Source: an uncultured Lachnospiraceae bacterium (GTDB lineage: Bacteria > Bacillota > Clostridia > Lachnospirales > Lachnospiraceae). Taken from it: a stretch of DNA of 32,006 nt. Below the pieces are notes generated by a model, which saw only the letters and a list, made by a program, of their open reading frames with translations, was not told the origin of the DNA and searched no databases. The position numbers were made by a program, and so were the translations under genes. This document shows, in pieces, positions 1-8,892 of the stretch (position 1 is its first letter; the number at the start of each line of letters is the position of its first letter). The DNA lies in the NCBI GenBank assembly GCA_902783295.1, contig CACZQT010000234.1, positions 1-32,006 on the forward strand, in the 5' to 3' direction.

Positions 1-94
1 CCGGCAGCCCCTCCGACACCGTCCTGCGGTGAGACAATATCGTGGACGCACCTTTTCTCTGAAAAGCCAAACAGCCGGCTTCGGTTTGCAAAAC

Positions 95-122
95 GAGCCG
101 GGGCAGTTCAGTACCCCGGCTC
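95..122 (-). terminator. Putative rho-independent terminator after the hydrogenase gene
   Basis: GAGCCGGGG-N10-CCCCGGCTC, a 9-bp GC-rich stem about 20 nt past the stop at 144. On the minus strand it is followed by GTTTTG, a short T tract. Confidence 0.45.
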
Positions 123-143
123 GCAGTCAGCAAAGCATTTGAA

Positions 144-1877
144 TTACTGTTCCTTAGGCATCTTCCACTTGGTGTGGTCGGTATGAAGCAGATGATGTGC
201 CTTCCAGGACAGCGGCTTGTCAAGATATTCTTTGTAGATCGCCTGAATGGACGGGTTCTCGTGGCAGAACCGTAAGGTACCCGCTGCATCCTGTGCATAC
301 AGGACGGGACCGCGCTTTTCAGCCATGAAGACGCCATCGCACAGAGGCTGTCCGCCGCCGCCTACGCAGCCGCCGGGACATGCCATGACTTCAACGAAAT
401 CATACTGAACTTTACCGGCTTTCAGGGCTTTCAGAAGCTTGTTTGCATTGCCCAGACCGTTTACTACCGCTATGCGGACCTGTTTCCCGGCCAGGTCAAA
501 GGTGGCTTCCTTCCAGCCTTCCATACCACGGACTGCCTGGAATGCATCCGGTTCCGGATTCTTGCCGGTTACCAGATAATAGGCAGAACGAAGGGCGGCT
601 TCCATAACACCACCGGTAGCACCGAAGATATTGCCGGCGCCGGAGCCGATGCCAAGAGGCATATCCAGAGGTTCCGGCTTCAGATCTGCCGGCTGAATGT
701 GGGCAGCGCGGATCAGGCGGACTACTTCACGCGTTGTCAGAACTGCGTCTACATCCGGCTCGCCGCAGGCATCATTCATGGCAGGAATCGCGGCTTCATG
801 CTTCTTTGCAAGGCAAGGCATTACGGAAACGGAATATATCAGCTTGGGATCTACGCCCAGCTTTTCAGCATAGTAGCTCTTGGCTACAGCGCCGAACATC
901 TGCTGAGGAGATTTCGCGGTGGAAAGATGATCCACATATTCAGGATAATGAGCTTTCACGAAGCGCACCCAGCCGGGGCAGCAGGAAGTGAACATAGGGA
1001 ACTTGTTCTCATCTGCATGTTCCAGCTTCTCCAGGAATTCGCTGCCTTCTTCCATGATGGTAAGGTCGGCAGAGAAATCCGTATCAAATACATAATTTAC
1101 ACCGGCTCTGCGAAGAGCAGTTCCCAGAAGCTGTACGGTGGCAACATCCGGCGTCAGGCCGAAATATTCACCCCAGGCAGTACGGACTGCGGGAGCAATC
1201 TGCACGAGCACAATTTTCCGGGTATCTTCAATGGCAGCCATTACCTTCTCGGTGTCATCCCGTTCTTTCAGAGCACCGACAGGGCAATGGGTAATGCACT
1301 GTCCGCAAAGGGCGCAGTCAGAATCTTCCAGCGTATAAGCCCCGTTGACGCCAATGGTAATACGGGAACCTGTATTGATGACATCCCAGACATGGGAAGC
1401 CTGGATCTTATCGCAGACCTGTACGCAGCGCATACATTTGATGCACTTCGTTTCGTCACGGATCAGCGGGAAATCCTGACTGTATTCGCGTTCGGAAATA
1501 TCCTTCGGGAAAGAAATTTCCTGAATGTTCAGGTCATTTGCCATCTTCTGCAGAGAGCAGTTTCCGCTTCGTGCACAGGTAGGGCAATGGCTGTAGTGCT
1601 GGGAAAGAATCAGTTCAACATTATTGCGGCGGGCATTACGGACACTCTTGCTGTTGGTGTAAACCGTCATACCCTCAAAGACTGTATTGTTGCAGGCTGT
1701 GCACAGACGCTGCTGGCCAACCACTTCCACGAGACAGACACGGCAGGCGCCGATTTCGTTCAGGCCTTTCCAGTAGCAGAGAGTCGGTATCTTAACACCG
1801 GCCATGGCGGCAGCATCCAGAATCGTGGTTCTCTCGGGAACCTGCAGGGAAATTCCATCTATCTTTACATTTACCAT
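144..1877 (-). CDS. [FeFe]-hydrogenase catalytic subunit (2Fe-2S + 4Fe-4S accessory clusters + H-domain), partner of the GltD-like flavoprotein
   Basis: 577-aa ORF with an N-terminal 2Fe-2S ferredoxin-like segment (LCYWKGLNEIGACRVC) and CxxCxxCxxxCP 4Fe-4S motifs. All three H-cluster motifs are intact: TSCCPGW (nt 969-989), MPCLAKKHE and EVMACPGGCVGGGGQP. ATG 1877 overlaps the upstream stop by 7 nt. Confidence 0.93.
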   Translation of the reverse strand: MVNVKIDGISLQVPERTTILDAAAMAGVKIPTLCYWKGLNEIGACRVCLVEVVGQQRLCTACNNTVFEGMTVYTNSKSVRNARRNNVELILSQHYSHCPTCARSGNCSLQKMANDLNIQEISFPKDISEREYSQDFPLIRDETKCIKCMRCVQVCDKIQASHVWDVINTGSRITIGVNGAYTLEDSDCALCGQCITHCPVGALKERDDTEKVMAAIEDTRKIVLVQIAPAVRTAWGEYFGLTPDVATVQLLGTALRRAGVNYVFDTDFSADLTIMEEGSEFLEKLEHADENKFPMFTSCCPGWVRFVKAHYPEYVDHLSTAKSPQQMFGAVAKSYYAEKLGVDPKLIYSVSVMPCLAKKHEAAIPAMNDACGEPDVDAVLTTREVVRLIRAAHIQPADLKPEPLDMPLGIGSGAGNIFGATGGVMEAALRSAYYLVTGKNPEPDAFQAVRGMEGWKEATFDLAGKQVRIAVVNGLGNANKLLKALKAGKVQYDFVEVMACPGGCVGGGGQPLCDGVFMAEKRGPVLYAQDAAGTLRFCHENPSIQAIYKEYLDKPLSWKAHHLLHTDHTKWKMPKEQ

Positions 1878-3706
1878 TTCTCTGTTCGACCTCCTCTGAA
1901 GCTTCCGTAACCAAAGTGGTCACAATGCAGGCATCTGCCGGATTCCTGCAGTGCCTCTTCCTCTGTCATAGCGCACTCCATCAGTTTGAAATCTTTTACG
2001 CGTTCTGCCGCAGGACGCTCTCTCATATTCACGCGGCCGCGCGGATAGTGGTCATCAAAGTCGATGGTAGGCAGTTCGATATCACAGCGGATTTCATGAT
2101 TGAATCCCAGATGTTTGTCGATATTGGCTGCGGCGATCTTACCGGCTGCAATCGCCTTGATAACGGTAGCGGGACCTGTTACGCAGTCGCCGCCGGCGTA
2201 AACATTGTCAAGGCCTTTGACTTTGGTATAAAGGCTTGCATTGAAACGGTTTTTCTGGGCAACGGGGATTCCGGCTTTACCGAATGGTTCGGAATCGATT
2301 TCCTGGCCGACTGCCACCAGAACGCGGTCGCAGGGAATACGTACCGGAGGCACCTTGGCAGGCATGGGCTTCGGGCGGCCCCACTGAATCATGCCGACCA
2401 GCTGAGGCTGCAGCCAGATTGCTGCCACTTTTCCCTCTTCGTCCTTTTCAATCCGAAGCGGAGCGTGCATTTCCATAACCTCGCAGCCATCTGCGATAGC
2501 GCCTTCCACTTCTTCCGCCAGTGCAGGCATATCCTCCTTGCGCCGACGGTATGCTACGATAACGTCCTTTGCTCCAAGACGGATGGAAGAACGGGCCACA
2601 TCCATTGCTACATTGCCGCCGCCGATGACAACGCATCTCAGACCGGTGAAATCCGGATGAATGCCGTCGCCGATGGAACGGAGCATTTCCACTGCGGAAA
2701 GAACACCGTCAGCATCTTCGCCTTCGATCTCAACTTTCTGTCCGATATGGGCGCCGATTGCGATGTAAACGGCATCATTATTTTTACGGAGTTCATCGAT
2801 GTTGATGTCTTTACCGACGGAAACACCGGTTACCGTTTCAAAGCCCGCTTTCTTCAGGCCATCGATTTCATGGTCCAGGATTTCGCGGGGCAGACGATAT
2901 GCAGGGATGCCGTAACGCATCATTCCGCCAAGATGCTCGCGCTGCTCGTAAACCGTAACGGAATGGCCCATGCGGGACAGATACCAGGCGGCTGTCAGGC
3001 CGGAAGGGCCGCCGCCAACCACTGCCACTTTCTTCCCGGTGGGAGAATACATCTGAGGTTCGGGAATTTCGCCTTCATGTTCCACTGCGTAGCGCTTCAG
3101 GCCGCGGATGTTGATGGGATCGTCCACCAGAGTGCGGCGGCAGTGCATCTCACAGGGATGCTCGCAGATCAGGCCGCAGGCAGCCGGGAAGGGATTGTCC
3201 TTACGGATCAGTTCAACTGCTTCCGCATAACGTTTGGCGTGAATCAGGGAAACATAGCCGGGAACATCCACCTGGGCAGGACACTGATACGAGCAGGGAA
3301 CCGGCTGATTCTGGAGACACTTGCAGCGTCCATGCTCAATGTGCTCTACATAGTCTTCTCTGAAACCATGCAGACCGGTAAGAACCATACGGGCCGCTTC
3401 TGCCCCAATGGAGCAGTCCGCAGATTTATAAATAGAATTGGCGGTACGTTCGATCAGGTCCAGCGAGTCCATGGTCGCCGTACCATCCAGAACGGTATCG
3501 AGCAGGCGCTCCAGCTGACCCAGACCTATACGGCAGGGAACACATTTACCGCAGGACTGGGCATGGCTGATATGCACGAAGGAAGCGGCCACATCCACTG
3601 GACAGAGTCCGGGCTGTGCCGCATTGATCCGCCGTGAGATGTCTTTATACAGCTCTTCTACCGTCTGCTGGGCCTGATTGGATTGGAACAAACTTAATCG
3701 GCTCAT
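1871..3706 (-). CDS. NAD(P)H-dependent oxidoreductase: NuoF-type 4Fe-4S module fused to a glutamate synthase small-chain (GltD/NfnB)-like flavoprotein
   Basis: 611-aa ORF. The N-terminus carries SCGKCVPCRIG (NuoF C-terminal 4Fe-4S signature), followed by a GltD-like Cys-rich region (PCSYQCPA, CGLICEHPCEMHC). Two Rossmann motifs are present (VAVVGGGPSGLTAA, VVIGGGNVAMD). SD AAGGAG lies ~5 nt before ATG 3706. Confidence 0.88.
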   Translation of the reverse strand: MSRLSLFQSNQAQQTVEELYKDISRRINAAQPGLCPVDVAASFVHISHAQSCGKCVPCRIGLGQLERLLDTVLDGTATMDSLDLIERTANSIYKSADCSIGAEAARMVLTGLHGFREDYVEHIEHGRCKCLQNQPVPCSYQCPAQVDVPGYVSLIHAKRYAEAVELIRKDNPFPAACGLICEHPCEMHCRRTLVDDPINIRGLKRYAVEHEGEIPEPQMYSPTGKKVAVVGGGPSGLTAAWYLSRMGHSVTVYEQREHLGGMMRYGIPAYRLPREILDHEIDGLKKAGFETVTGVSVGKDINIDELRKNNDAVYIAIGAHIGQKVEIEGEDADGVLSAVEMLRSIGDGIHPDFTGLRCVVIGGGNVAMDVARSSIRLGAKDVIVAYRRRKEDMPALAEEVEGAIADGCEVMEMHAPLRIEKDEEGKVAAIWLQPQLVGMIQWGRPKPMPAKVPPVRIPCDRVLVAVGQEIDSEPFGKAGIPVAQKNRFNASLYTKVKGLDNVYAGGDCVTGPATVIKAIAAGKIAAANIDKHLGFNHEIRCDIELPTIDFDDHYPRGRVNMRERPAAERVKDFKLMECAMTEEEALQESGRCLHCDHFGYGSFRGGRTEKW

Positions 3707-3767
3707 AGCTTCTCCTTTTCTTTATAGAATTTCCGGAAACCAACGTTGCCGGATAAAATCTCCTAAG

Positions 3768-3796
3768 ATTTTAGCATGTTTTCAAAAAAAATGCAA
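3768..3796 (-). promoter_or_regulatory. SigA-type promoter for the GltD-like/hydrogenase operon
   Basis: The minus strand reads TTGCAT-17 nt-TAAAAT, with TGC immediately upstream of the -10 (extended -10). It lies about 60 nt upstream of ATG 3706. Confidence 0.5.
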
Positions 3797-3888
3797 CTAA
3801 TTAAAAAGAAGAGAAATAAATGCAAAACTATAGATTGCGTTTTCCATTCCGATTGCAATTATTTCTTTATATTGCCATAAAAAACAGG

Positions 3889-3917
3889 ATGACAAGAGTT
3901 TTCTATTTCGTTATAAT
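3889..3917 (+). promoter_or_regulatory. SigA-type promoter for carB
   Basis: ATGACA-17 nt-TATAAT, giving a leader of about 70 nt before ATG 3996. Confidence 0.5.
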
Positions 3918-3995
3918 AACTGGTTAGAAATCGGCGGATGAGGGGATACTGCCGGTTTGGTCCCCGCGGAAATGCTACGGAAAAGGAGGCAGCTT

Positions 3996-6900
3996 ATGCC
4001 AAAAAGAACCGACATCCATAAAGTCCTGATTATCGGCTCCGGCCCGATCATCATTGGTCAGGCCTGCGAATTCGACTACTCCGGCACTCAGGCCTGCAAA
4101 GCACTACGGAAGCTTGGCTATGAGATCATTCTGGTAAATTCGAATCCTGCAACTATCATGACCGATCCGGAAATGGCGGACGTTACCTATATCGAACCCT
4201 TGAATGTGGAACGTCTGGAACAGATTATCGCCAAGGAACGTCCCGATGCCCTGCTGCCCAACCTGGGCGGACAGTCCGGTCTGAATCTCTGCGCTGAACT
4301 GGCGAAGGAAGGCATACTGGATAAGTACGGTGTACAGGTAATCGGTGTGCAGGTGGATGCCATTGAACGTGGTGAAGACCGTATTGAATTTAAAAATGCC
4401 ATGAACGCCCTGGGAATCGAAATGGCCAGAAGCCAGGTATCCTATTCTGTGGAAGAAGCTCTGGATATCGCGGATGAACTCGGCTATCCTGTCGTACTCC
4501 GGCCGGCGTACACGATGGGCGGTGCCGGCGGCGGACTGGTATATAATAAAGAAGAACTGAAAACCGTCTGTGCAAGAGGTCTGCAGGCCAGTCTGGTAGG
4601 CCAGGTACTGGTTGAGGAGTCCGTCCTCGGCTGGGAAGAACTGGAGCTGGAAGTGGTACGCGATGCAGACGGAAACATGATCACTGTGTGCTTCATTGAG
4701 AATATTGACCCTATGGGCGTTCACACCGGTGATTCCTTCTGCTCAGCTCCCATGCTCACCATTTCTGAAGATGTCCAGAAACGGCTGCAGGAACAGGCTT
4801 ATAAGATCGTAGAATCTGTAAAGGTTATCGGCGGTACCAATGTTCAGTTCGCCCACGATCCGATAACGGATCGTATCGTTGTGATCGAAATCAACCCCAG
4901 AACGTCCCGCTCTTCCGCCCTGGCATCTAAGGCGACCGGTTTCCCGATCGCTCTGGTTTCTGCCATGCTGGCCAGCGGCCTGACTCTGAAAGATATTCCC
5001 TGCGGCAAATACGGTACTCTTGACAAATATCATCCTGACGGGGATTATGTCGTTATCAAATTCGCCCGCTGGGCATTTGAAAAGTTTAAAGGTGTTGAGG
5101 ACAAACTGGGCACACAGATGCGTGCCGTCGGCGAAGTCATGAGTATCGGCAAAACCTATAAAGAAGCTTTCCAGAAAGCTATCCGCTCCCTGGAAACAGG
5201 CCGTTACGGACTGGGTCATGTTGCCAAACTCGAAGCACTCAGCAAAGAAGACCTTCGCAATCTTCTGGCTACGCCCAGCAGTGAACGTCATTTTGCCATG
5301 TATGAGGGGCTCAAAAAAGGTCTGACCGTCGATGAACTTCACGAACTGACCCATGTGAAAAAGTGGTTTATTGAACAGATGAAGGAACTGGTGGAAGAAG
5401 AAGCTGCCATTTCCGCCTGCGCCGGAAGCCAGCTCTCTGATGAGATGCTGATTGCTGCGAAGAAGGATGGTTTCTCGGACAAGTATCTGAGCATTCTCCT
5501 GGGAATTCCCGAACAGGAAATCCGTGAGAAGCGCATTTCCCTGGGCTGTGAAGAAGCCTGGGAAGGTGTGCATGTCAGCGGTACGGAAAATTCCGCCTAC
5601 TACTATTCCACCTACAACGCTCCGGACAAAAATCCTGTAAGCACGGATAAACCCAAGGTTATGATTCTTGGCGGCGGTCCAAACCGTATTGGTCAGGGTA
5701 TTGAGTTCGATTACTGCTGTGTACATGCTTCTCTGGCCTTGAAGAAGCTGGGATTTGAAACAATCATTGTCAACTGCAATCCTGAAACGGTTTCTACAGA
5801 CTATGATACTTCCGATAAGCTGTACTTTGAACCTCTGACCCTGGAAGATGTACTTTCCATCTACAAAAAGGAAAAGCCTGTAGGCGTAATCGCGCAGTTT
5901 GGCGGACAGACACCTCTGAATCTGGCGGCATCTCTGAAAAAGAACGGCGTAAAGATACTTGGTACCTCACCTGCAGTCATTGATCTTGCGGAGGACCGGG
6001 ACCAGTTCCGCGCCATGATGGAGAAGCTGGAAATTCCCATGCCGGAATCCGGAATGGCATCTACCATTGAAGAAGCTCTGGCAGATGCGCACCGTATCGG
6101 ATATCCTGTTATGGTACGTCCTTCTTATGTACTTGGCGGGCGCGGTATGGAAGTCGTTTATGACGACGAAAGCATGAAGGGGTATATGGCAGCCGCTGTC
6201 GGCGTAACCCCTGACCGCCCTATCCTGATTGACCGGTTCCTGAACCACGCTACCGAATGCGAAGCGGATGCGATCAGTGACGGAAAACACGCTTTCGTCC
6301 CTGCTGTAATGGAGCATATTGAACTGGCCGGTGTGCATTCCGGCGATTCAGCATGCATCATTCCTTCGAAGCATCTGTCTGATGAGGCGGTAGCTACGAT
6401 CAAAGAGTATACCCGGCGCATCGCAGTGGAAATGAATGTCCGCGGTCTCATGAATATGCAGTACGCGATTGAAAACGGCAAGGTCTTTGTACTTGAGGCC
6501 AATCCCAGAGCTTCCCGTACGGTTCCGCTGGTTTCCAAGGTCTGCAATATCCGGATGGTGCCGATCGCTACGGATATCATTACCTCAGAACTGACCGGAA
6601 GACCCAGCCCTGTTCCCGCTCTGAAGGAACAGCATATCCCCTACTACGGCGTCAAAGAAGCAGTCTTTCCCTTTAACATGTTCCCGGAAGTCGATCCTCT
6701 TCTCGGTCCGGAGATGCGCTCTACCGGTGAAGTTCTGGGACTGTCACCGAATGTCGGCGGCGCTTTCTTCAAGGCAGAAGAAGCCACCCAGACCAAGCTG
6801 CCGACGGAAGGTACGGTACTCTTCTCTATCAGCGACAAGGATAAACCTGAACTGGTGGAAATCGCGCAGATCTTTGCAGACGATGGCTTCCGTATTCTCG

Positions 6901-7223
6901 CGACCGGAAACACTTGTGACATGCTGAATGCAGCAGGTATTCAGGCCACAAAGGTTCACAAGCTGCACCAGGGACGGCCGAACATTCTGGACCTGATCAC
7001 CAACGGTGAAATCGACGTGATTGTCAATACTCCTGTCGGAAAGACCGGCGCCCATGACGACAGTTATCTGCGGAAAGCCGCTATTAAGGCGAAGATCCCG
7101 TATGTAACAACTATGGCAGCTGCCAGAGCTACTGCGACCGGTATCCGCCGCGTGGAAAAGAGCGGGCGGGGCGACGTTGTTTCACTGCAGGAGCTGCATG
7201 CTTCCATTACGGATAAAGAATAA
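3996..7223 (+). CDS. carB: Carbamoyl-phosphate synthase large subunit
   Basis: 1075 aa from ATG 3996, with AAGGAGG at 3983-3989 (6-nt spacing); the track ORF starts at an upstream TTG 3957. Duplicated ATP-grasp halves are present (IIGSGPIIIGQACEFDYSG and ILGGGPNRIGQGIEFDYC). The C-terminal MGS-like domain and overall length match CarB. Confidence 0.95.
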   Translation: MPKRTDIHKVLIIGSGPIIIGQACEFDYSGTQACKALRKLGYEIILVNSNPATIMTDPEMADVTYIEPLNVERLEQIIAKERPDALLPNLGGQSGLNLCAELAKEGILDKYGVQVIGVQVDAIERGEDRIEFKNAMNALGIEMARSQVSYSVEEALDIADELGYPVVLRPAYTMGGAGGGLVYNKEELKTVCARGLQASLVGQVLVEESVLGWEELELEVVRDADGNMITVCFIENIDPMGVHTGDSFCSAPMLTISEDVQKRLQEQAYKIVESVKVIGGTNVQFAHDPITDRIVVIEINPRTSRSSALASKATGFPIALVSAMLASGLTLKDIPCGKYGTLDKYHPDGDYVVIKFARWAFEKFKGVEDKLGTQMRAVGEVMSIGKTYKEAFQKAIRSLETGRYGLGHVAKLEALSKEDLRNLLATPSSERHFAMYEGLKKGLTVDELHELTHVKKWFIEQMKELVEEEAAISACAGSQLSDEMLIAAKKDGFSDKYLSILLGIPEQEIREKRISLGCEEAWEGVHVSGTENSAYYYSTYNAPDKNPVSTDKPKVMILGGGPNRIGQGIEFDYCCVHASLALKKLGFETIIVNCNPETVSTDYDTSDKLYFEPLTLEDVLSIYKKEKPVGVIAQFGGQTPLNLAASLKKNGVKILGTSPAVIDLAEDRDQFRAMMEKLEIPMPESGMASTIEEALADAHRIGYPVMVRPSYVLGGRGMEVVYDDESMKGYMAAAVGVTPDRPILIDRFLNHATECEADAISDGKHAFVPAVMEHIELAGVHSGDSACIIPSKHLSDEAVATIKEYTRRIAVEMNVRGLMNMQYAIENGKVFVLEANPRASRTVPLVSKVCNIRMVPIATDIITSELTGRPSPVPALKEQHIPYYGVKEAVFPFNMFPEVDPLLGPEMRSTGEVLGLSPNVGGAFFKAEEATQTKLPTEGTVLFSISDKDKPELVEIAQIFADDGFRILATGNTCDMLNAAGIQATKVHKLHQGRPNILDLITNGEIDVIVNTPVGKTGAHDDSYLRKAAIKAKIPYVTTMAAARATATGIRRVEKSGRGDVVSLQELHASITDKE

Positions 7224-7269
7224 ATGCAGCACATTGTGAATCCGCTGGAATTTTCTATAATATAGAAGG

Positions 7270-7306
7270 CAACAGCTTCGGGAAAAGCCCGAAGCTGTTG
7301 TTTTTT
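7270..7306 (+). terminator. Rho-independent terminator of carB (may also serve the convergent LRR gene)
   Basis: CAACAGCTTCGGG-AAAAG-CCCGAAGCTGTTG, a 13-bp stem followed by TTTTTT. It sits between the convergent stops at 7223 and 7327. Confidence 0.85.
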
Positions 7307-7326
7307 AAGTCATCCTTTTTCTTAAA

Positions 7327-8892
7327 TTATTTTCCGACAACCTTTGCTTTGGCATTGAGTCCACGCTGCAGCAGCCAGGCTTTATAAGGCTTCACATACT
7401 TTTTCGGAACTGTCACTGTGGTTTTCTTCGGAGTACCGGCGAAGGCATTGGCACCTACAGACGAGGCGGAAAGCTTCTTCGCAACGATCACGATGGTCTT
7501 CAGCTTTTTGCAGCCGTAGAAAGCGTTCCAGCCGATTTTTGTAACGGTGGCAGGAATGGTGATTTTCCGAAGATTTTTACAGTTCAGAAAACAGCTGGAA
7601 CCGATCAGCGTCAGTTTTTTCCCTAAGGATATACTGGTAAGAGCTGAGCAGCCGGAAAAAGCGGAATTCCCTAAAGTAGTAAAACCAGCGCCGCCTTTTA
7701 CGGTTTTCAGGCCGGAACATCCCATAAAAGCACCGTATTCCAGGACGGCCGTTTTCGAAGGGAAGGCAAGCGTCCTTATGGCGCTGCAGTCGCGGAAAGC
7801 TTCTTCTCCTATGGTTTTCAGACCTGTGGAAAATGTTACCGTCTTCAGACCGGTGCATCCTGAAAAAGCACGTTTTTCTATGGCTGAAACACTTGCAGGG
7901 ACAGCTATTTTTGTAAGCTGCGAGCACTGATAAAATGTCAGCGTTTCAATACTTTTCAGCTTTTTGGAAAGCACTGCTTTCTTCAGCCCGGTACATCTGT
8001 AAAAAGCATGGCTGCCGAGGTATGTAACCGTAGAAGGAAGTTTGATTCCGGAAAGGCTGGTACACTGGTGAAATGCACTTTTTCCGATCTCTGCCAGACC
8101 TGCCGGCAAGGAGATTCCTGTCATCCTGGTGCAGTTTGCAAACGCATATTTTTCAATAACCGTAACCCCGGACGGTATGTCAAGACTCGTAAGGGAGGTA
8201 CAGCCATTAAAGGTATAGGCGCGGATCCGTGCCACCCCCACGGGTAGTGTCAGATTCTGAAGCCGGCTGCAGCCGCAGAAAGCACCGCTGCCAATGCTCC
8301 GGCAGGTGGAGGGAAGTGAAACCGTTTTCAGGTTCCTGCAGTAGAAAAAGGCATAGTTCCCGATTCCGGTGACTCCATCCTCAACAATCACCTGCGTCAC
8401 AGCTCCACTGTAGCTCCAGGGAGAGCGGTTGGATGAATACTGGCTTCCATAGTTTTTCATAACGCCATTGCCGGAGATAGTCAGGGATCCGTCACTTTTC
8501 AGAACCCAGTCCAGGTCTCCCGTTTTTCCGCTGCGTACGATTCTAGGAGCCTTTGTTGTACTCTCCTCTGCAGAAGGGGACTCAATTACGGAGGGGCTGT
8601 TCTCCTCTGAGGAAGGATCCTGTACTGGGGGATCCTCTTCATCTTTTGTTACTGTTTCTTCATTACCGGTGTTCTCTTCTGCCGTAGAACTCTCCAGAGA
8701 GTTTTCTGAAGCAGAAACCGGCTTTGCCTGCAGAATACCGGTCAGGCTGAAAACCATGGCGATTCCAAAAACCAGCCATAACCGGGCAGCCTTTTTTGAT
8801 ACCTGCTTCAAAGCTGAAAACTGATTCCGTTCTTCTCCCATAAGATCCGTGGATTTACGGAGCAGCTTCCAGCACGCTGAAAAACATTTCAT
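7327..8892 (-). CDS. Secreted BspA-type leucine-rich-repeat (LRR_5-like) surface protein
   Basis: About 14 tandem ~23-aa repeats of the pattern I-x-x-x-A-F-x-x-C-x-x-L-x-x-(I/V)-x-(L/I)-P across roughly nt 7440-8400. The N-terminus has a signal peptide (KKAARLWLVFGIAMVFSLTGILQAKPVSA) and then an S/E/T-rich linker. The start is ambiguous. ATG 8892 has AGGGAGAGG 9 nt upstream but overlaps the upstream ORF by 38 nt; ATG 8841 has no SD. Confidence 0.8.
   Translation of the reverse strand: MKCFSACWKLLRKSTDLMGEERNQFSALKQVSKKAARLWLVFGIAMVFSLTGILQAKPVSASENSLESSTAEENTGNEETVTKDEEDPPVQDPSSEENSPSVIESPSAEESTTKAPRIVRSGKTGDLDWVLKSDGSLTISGNGVMKNYGSQYSSNRSPWSYSGAVTQVIVEDGVTGIGNYAFFYCRNLKTVSLPSTCRSIGSGAFCGCSRLQNLTLPVGVARIRAYTFNGCTSLTSLDIPSGVTVIEKYAFANCTRMTGISLPAGLAEIGKSAFHQCTSLSGIKLPSTVTYLGSHAFYRCTGLKKAVLSKKLKSIETLTFYQCSQLTKIAVPASVSAIEKRAFSGCTGLKTVTFSTGLKTIGEEAFRDCSAIRTLAFPSKTAVLEYGAFMGCSGLKTVKGGAGFTTLGNSAFSGCSALTSISLGKKLTLIGSSCFLNCKNLRKITIPATVTKIGWNAFYGCKKLKTIVIVAKKLSASSVGANAFAGTPKKTTVTVPKKYVKPYKAWLLQRGLNAKAKVVGK

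Noticed and set aside
1-94. Possible 3' end of a plus-strand gene (frame 3 stops at 28-30) at the left edge.
   Set aside because: There is too little sequence to recognise a protein, and no feature can be supported.
699-3637. Very long plus-strand ORFs (699-1910, 403 aa; 1916-3637, 573 aa) antisense to the hydrogenase and GltD-like genes. Similar cases are 17100-19163 (687 aa), 24719-26527 (602 aa), 26524-28044 (506 aa), 11462-12523, 28859-29719, 4743-5726 and 23661-24515.
   Set aside because: Each lies opposite a gene with unmistakable family motifs. None has an SD or recognisable domains, and their composition is odd. Stop-free antisense frames are expected when sense codons TTA, CTA and TCA are avoided, as they appear to be here. 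I treat them as shadow ORFs, not overlapping genes.
3957-3995. N-terminal extensions in track ORFs (3957, 13750, 19205, 19385, 20524, 21997, 22887, 26440, 29211).
   Set aside because: Each extension lacks an SD, often starts at TTG or GTG, and overlaps upstream genes or promoters. It also precedes an internal ATG with a well-spaced AGGAGG-like SD and a family-typical N-terminus, so the shorter starts were used.
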